A model generated the notes under the pieces. That model did not search any database. It was not told where the DNA came from and saw nothing but the letters and a program-made list of their open reading frames with translations. 54,026 nt of DNA from Polyangiales bacterium. GTDB lineage: Bacteria > Myxococcota_A > Polyangia > Polyangiales > Ga0077539. The stretch spans positions 253,093-307,118 of the forward strand of contig JAWKRC010000007.1 in assembly GCA_041389825.1 (NCBI GenBank), given 5' to 3'. Within the stretch, counting starts at the first letter, position 1, and every line of letters starts with the position of its first letter. Below, one piece after another: positions 51,401-54,026 of the stretch. A program made the position numbers and the translations under genes.

Positions 51401-52012
51401 GTGAGCGCCGAGCGCCAGCACGATCCGGATGAGGTGCTGCTGGAGCGGTTCCGGCGGGGGGACGCTCGCGCCTTCGAGGACCTCATGCGACGACACCGCA
51501 ACGCGCTCTTCAACTTCATCTACAGGTCGGTGCGCAACCCCGCGACGGCCGAGGAGATCCTTCAGGACACGTGGCTCCGGATCGTTCAGGGCGCGGGGGA
51601 CTTTCAGCGCGCGTCGAAGTTCTCGACCTGGGCGTGGACGGTGGCCCGCAACCTCTGCATCGACCACGCGCGCAAGGCCGCGCTGCGGCGTCACCCCTCG
51701 CTCGACGCGCCGCTCAAGCGCGACGAAGACGGGCCCACGCTGCTCGACTCGCTGCGCGACCCCGACGCGAGCGTCGACCGCGCCGCGGTGAGCCGACAGC
51801 TCCAGGGCGAGATCGCCGCGGCCATCGAGGCCCTGCCCGACGACCAGCGCGAGGTGTTCTTGATGCGCGAGTACGGGTGCCTCCCGTTCAAGGAGATCGC
51901 CGAGGTCGTCGGCGCCCCTGAGAACACGGTGAAGTCACGGATGCGCTACGCTCTCGAACGCCTTCAAGAGCGCCTCGCCGAGTACGAGGACTACGCGAAG
52001 GCCCTGGGTTGA
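51401..52012 (+). CDS. ECF (sigma-70 family, RpoE-like) sigma factor
   Basis: Region 2 ILQDTWLRIVQG.. and region 4 YGCLPFKEIAEVVGAPENTVKSRMRYALERL. 203 aa. Confidence 0.85.
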   Translation: MSAERQHDPDEVLLERFRRGDARAFEDLMRRHRNALFNFIYRSVRNPATAEEILQDTWLRIVQGAGDFQRASKFSTWAWTVARNLCIDHARKAALRRHPSLDAPLKRDEDGPTLLDSLRDPDASVDRAAVSRQLQGEIAAAIEALPDDQREVFLMREYGCLPFKEIAEVVGAPENTVKSRMRYALERLQERLAEYEDYAKALG

Positions 52013-53355
52013 CCATGGACTGCGAAGCCTGCACCGACCTCCAGCTCGACCTGCTCTACCAAGAGCTCGCCGAGCCTCGCGCCGCCGAGGCGCAGCGTCA
52101 CATCGACGACTGCGCCGACTGCCGCGCGGCGTGGGAGCGGCTGGTCCGCGGTCGTCGCCTCGGGGGTCGCCTCGCCCCCGTCGAGGCCCCCGCGCCGAGC
52201 GCGTCGCTCCTCGCCGCCATCGCCGCCGCGGCGGAGAAGCACCGAGCCGCGCCGCCCGCGCCCGACGCCGGCGGCGCCGGCGCCGCGCCCGTGGTGCCCA
52301 TCGACGCGGCGCGCGCCCGCCCCTCGTGGATGCGCCGCCTCGGAGAGATGGCCATGCGCCGCCAGGTCGCGATGGCCGCCGTGTCGATCATGGCGATCGG
52401 GATCGGGCTCCGCTTCGTCCCCTTCCGATCGCCCACGCAGCCCGCGCCGCCCGTGGAGTCGACCGCGCCCGCGGTGATCCCCGCGACGGAGCTCCCGCGC
52501 GCGCAGCCGCCTCCCCCCGCCGCGGAAGACGACGGGAGCGCGGCCGCCGCGCGCCGCGGCCGCGCCGCGCCCGCGTACCTCGGCTCGACCCCGGTGGTCG
52601 CCGCGAGGCAACCCTCGTCTCACGCCGCTTCGACGAGCCCGCTCGCGGCGAACGCGCGCCTCGCGCAGGGCTCCGCCCCTGCCGCCGCGCCTGCCGCCGC
52701 CGAGGAGTCGCCCGCCGACGAGCGGAACAACGCCGTCGGCGGCCTCCAGCTCCAGCGTGAGGTGGGTCGCGGCGGCGGGGCGGCGAGCGCGGGCGGCCTA
52801 GGGTCCGCCAACCTCGGCAGCGCGGGGTCCGCGGCCCGCGGCCGGAGCGCCGTCGACGCGCTGCGTTCGCCAGTCACCGAGGGCACGTACGAGGCGCAGC
52901 AGCAGGCGCCCGCCGCGGCCAACGTCCCGATGCAGGGCCGCGACTCGGCCGAGCCCGACCTGCCGCGCGACGCGCCCGCGCCCCTCGCGCAGGGCTGGCG
53001 CGCGCACCGCGACCAGGGCGAGCACCGCCGCGCCGCGGGCGACCTCCAGGGCGCGATCACCGAGTACCAGCGCGCGATCGACAGCGCGCCCGACTCCGAG
53101 CGGCGCGCGCTCGCGGTGACCCTCGAGGGTCTGCTCCGGCAAGCGGGGCGGGTCGACGACGCGATGCGCGTGCGCGGTCAGTACGTCACCCGCGCGGCCG
53201 AGTCTCCTGCGCAGGCCGAGTCGGTGCCGCAGTCGTCGAACGTGCGGCCGACGACGCCGACCCCGAGGAGCTCGCCCGCGCGGCCGATGGCGCCTCGCCC
53301 CTCCCGCCGCGCGGTGACCAACCTGAACGACTCGACCAACCAGTACGGGTTCTGA
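52009..53355 (+). CDS. Zinc-finger (ZAS-type) anti-sigma factor with TM helix and Ala/Pro-rich periplasmic region
   Basis: Its start overlaps the sigma gene stop (ATGA). It carries the HIDDCADCRAAW (Hx3Cx2C) ZAS motif, the TM helix VAMAAVSIMAIGIGL, and a C-terminal TPR-like ending. Confidence 0.7.
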   Translation: MTMDCEACTDLQLDLLYQELAEPRAAEAQRHIDDCADCRAAWERLVRGRRLGGRLAPVEAPAPSASLLAAIAAAAEKHRAAPPAPDAGGAGAAPVVPIDAARARPSWMRRLGEMAMRRQVAMAAVSIMAIGIGLRFVPFRSPTQPAPPVESTAPAVIPATELPRAQPPPPAAEDDGSAAAARRGRAAPAYLGSTPVVAARQPSSHAASTSPLAANARLAQGSAPAAAPAAAEESPADERNNAVGGLQLQREVGRGGGAASAGGLGSANLGSAGSAARGRSAVDALRSPVTEGTYEAQQQAPAAANVPMQGRDSAEPDLPRDAPAPLAQGWRAHRDQGEHRRAAGDLQGAITEYQRAIDSAPDSERRALAVTLEGLLRQAGRVDDAMRVRGQYVTRAAESPAQAESVPQSSNVRPTTPTPRSSPARPMAPRPSRRAVTNLNDSTNQYGF

Positions 53356-53368
53356 CGGCGCCCTCGCG

Positions 53369-54026
53369 TCAACGCTCCGCCACGGAGCGCCGGAGCACCG
53401 TGCCGTTGCCGAAGAGCACCGTGTCGACGACGCCGCGCGTCGACCGCGCCGCGACGGGCGCGAGGTGAGACGGCCAGCGCTCGGCGATCACGTCGACCGC
53501 ACCGTCGGGCGCGACGGCGCGCAGACCCGCGGCGGAGACCTCGACGCGCACCCGCTCGCGAGAGAACACGCCGTGGCCTTCGTAGGGCGACGCGAGCGGG
53601 TCGGAGAGCACCACGCCGCGGCGCCACCGACGCGCGTCGCGCGTCACCCAACCGCGGCTCCCCGCGCAGGGGACCACCTCGACGGAGCCTCCCACCGCGC
53701 GCGCGTCGCGGACCGGTGACGGGATCGCGAGCCGCCACGTTCGCCCGCCGTTGTCGCTCACGTGGACGCGCCCCGCGCAGCGGTCGCCCTGCGAGGGCGA
53801 GAAGCCCACGAGCCTCCGTCGGTCGAACACCTCGACGAGGCGGAAGGGGAGAAGCGTCGCGCGCCATCGGTCCCCGCCGTCGTCGGTCCACCAGAGCGCG
53901 GTGCCTGCGATCCAGTAGGTGTCGTCGTCGACGATGCCTCCGCGCACGCCGAGGTTCACCGCGCCCTCGGCGGGTGAGACCAGGGTCCACCGCCGGCCGC
54001 CGTCCTCGCTCTCGGCGACGCCGCCT
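53369..54026 (-). CDS. BNR/Asp-box repeat (sialidase-like beta-propeller) protein, 5' partial (continues beyond window end)
   Basis: Three S-x-D-x-G-x-x-W Asp-box repeats (TDDGGDRW, SDNGGRTW, and SEDGGRRWT in the frame extending to the window edge). Confidence 0.55.
   Translation of the reverse strand, partial: GGVAESEDGGRRWTLVSPAEGAVNLGVRGGIVDDDTYWIAGTALWWTDDGGDRWRATLLPFRLVEVFDRRRLVGFSPSQGDRCAGRVHVSDNGGRTWRLAIPSPVRDARAVGGSVEVVPCAGSRGWVTRDARRWRRGVVLSDPLASPYEGHGVFSRERVRVEVSAAGLRAVAPDGAVDVIAERWPSHLAPVAARSTRGVVDTVLFGNGTVLRRSVAER

Overview
This is a very GC-rich (about 70% or more) chromosomal segment that is almost certainly from a myxobacterium. The evidence is a MYXO-CTERM sorting tail, tandem Cys-rich 'CxxC...DCDG...NGCE' repeat proteins, and a contiguous gliding-motility/sporulation-type (Glt/Nfs-like) envelope machinery operon. 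The window holds housekeeping genes: cysK, an OsmC-family gene, ppc, class I fumarase, and the rplY-pth-rpsF-rpsR-rplI cluster. It also holds the accessory and unusual content listed below.

Notable content:
1. A 12-kb minus-strand operon (about 38997-51098) encodes paralogous secreted proteins, three TPR proteins, a small periplasmic protein and an FHA/TonB-C-like (AgmX/PglI-type) protein. Together these recapitulate the Glt/Nfs trans-envelope complex. An ECF sigma/anti-sigma pair is transcribed divergently from it.
2. A light-regulated-type carotenoid locus (B12-binding MerR/CarH-like regulator divergent from crtI-crtB) is riddled with frameshifts.
3. Two copies of a roughly 262-bp MITE-like inverted-repeat element sit at convergent gene ends (11292-11553 and 17119-17381). 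One is fused onto the 3' end of a Ca2+/H+ antiporter gene.
4. There are several tandem-repeat arrays: a 21-bp x 7.5 array in the ppc divergent promoter region, a 35-bp x 2.7 array, a 43-bp x 3.5 array, and a hexanucleotide (RD)n repeat inside rpsF.
5. A putative lipid head-group remodelling cassette spans 25042-28167: CDP-alcohol phosphatidyltransferase, a UPF0104/LPG-synthase-TM flippase-like protein, and a soluble diiron oxygenase/desaturase-like protein.

Many genes show homopolymer-associated frameshifts, and these are concentrated in 20.4-23.6 kb and 31.3-35.6 kb. They may be sequencing indels or real pseudogenes, and the sequence alone does not decide between the two. No tRNA, rRNA or CRISPR array was recognised.
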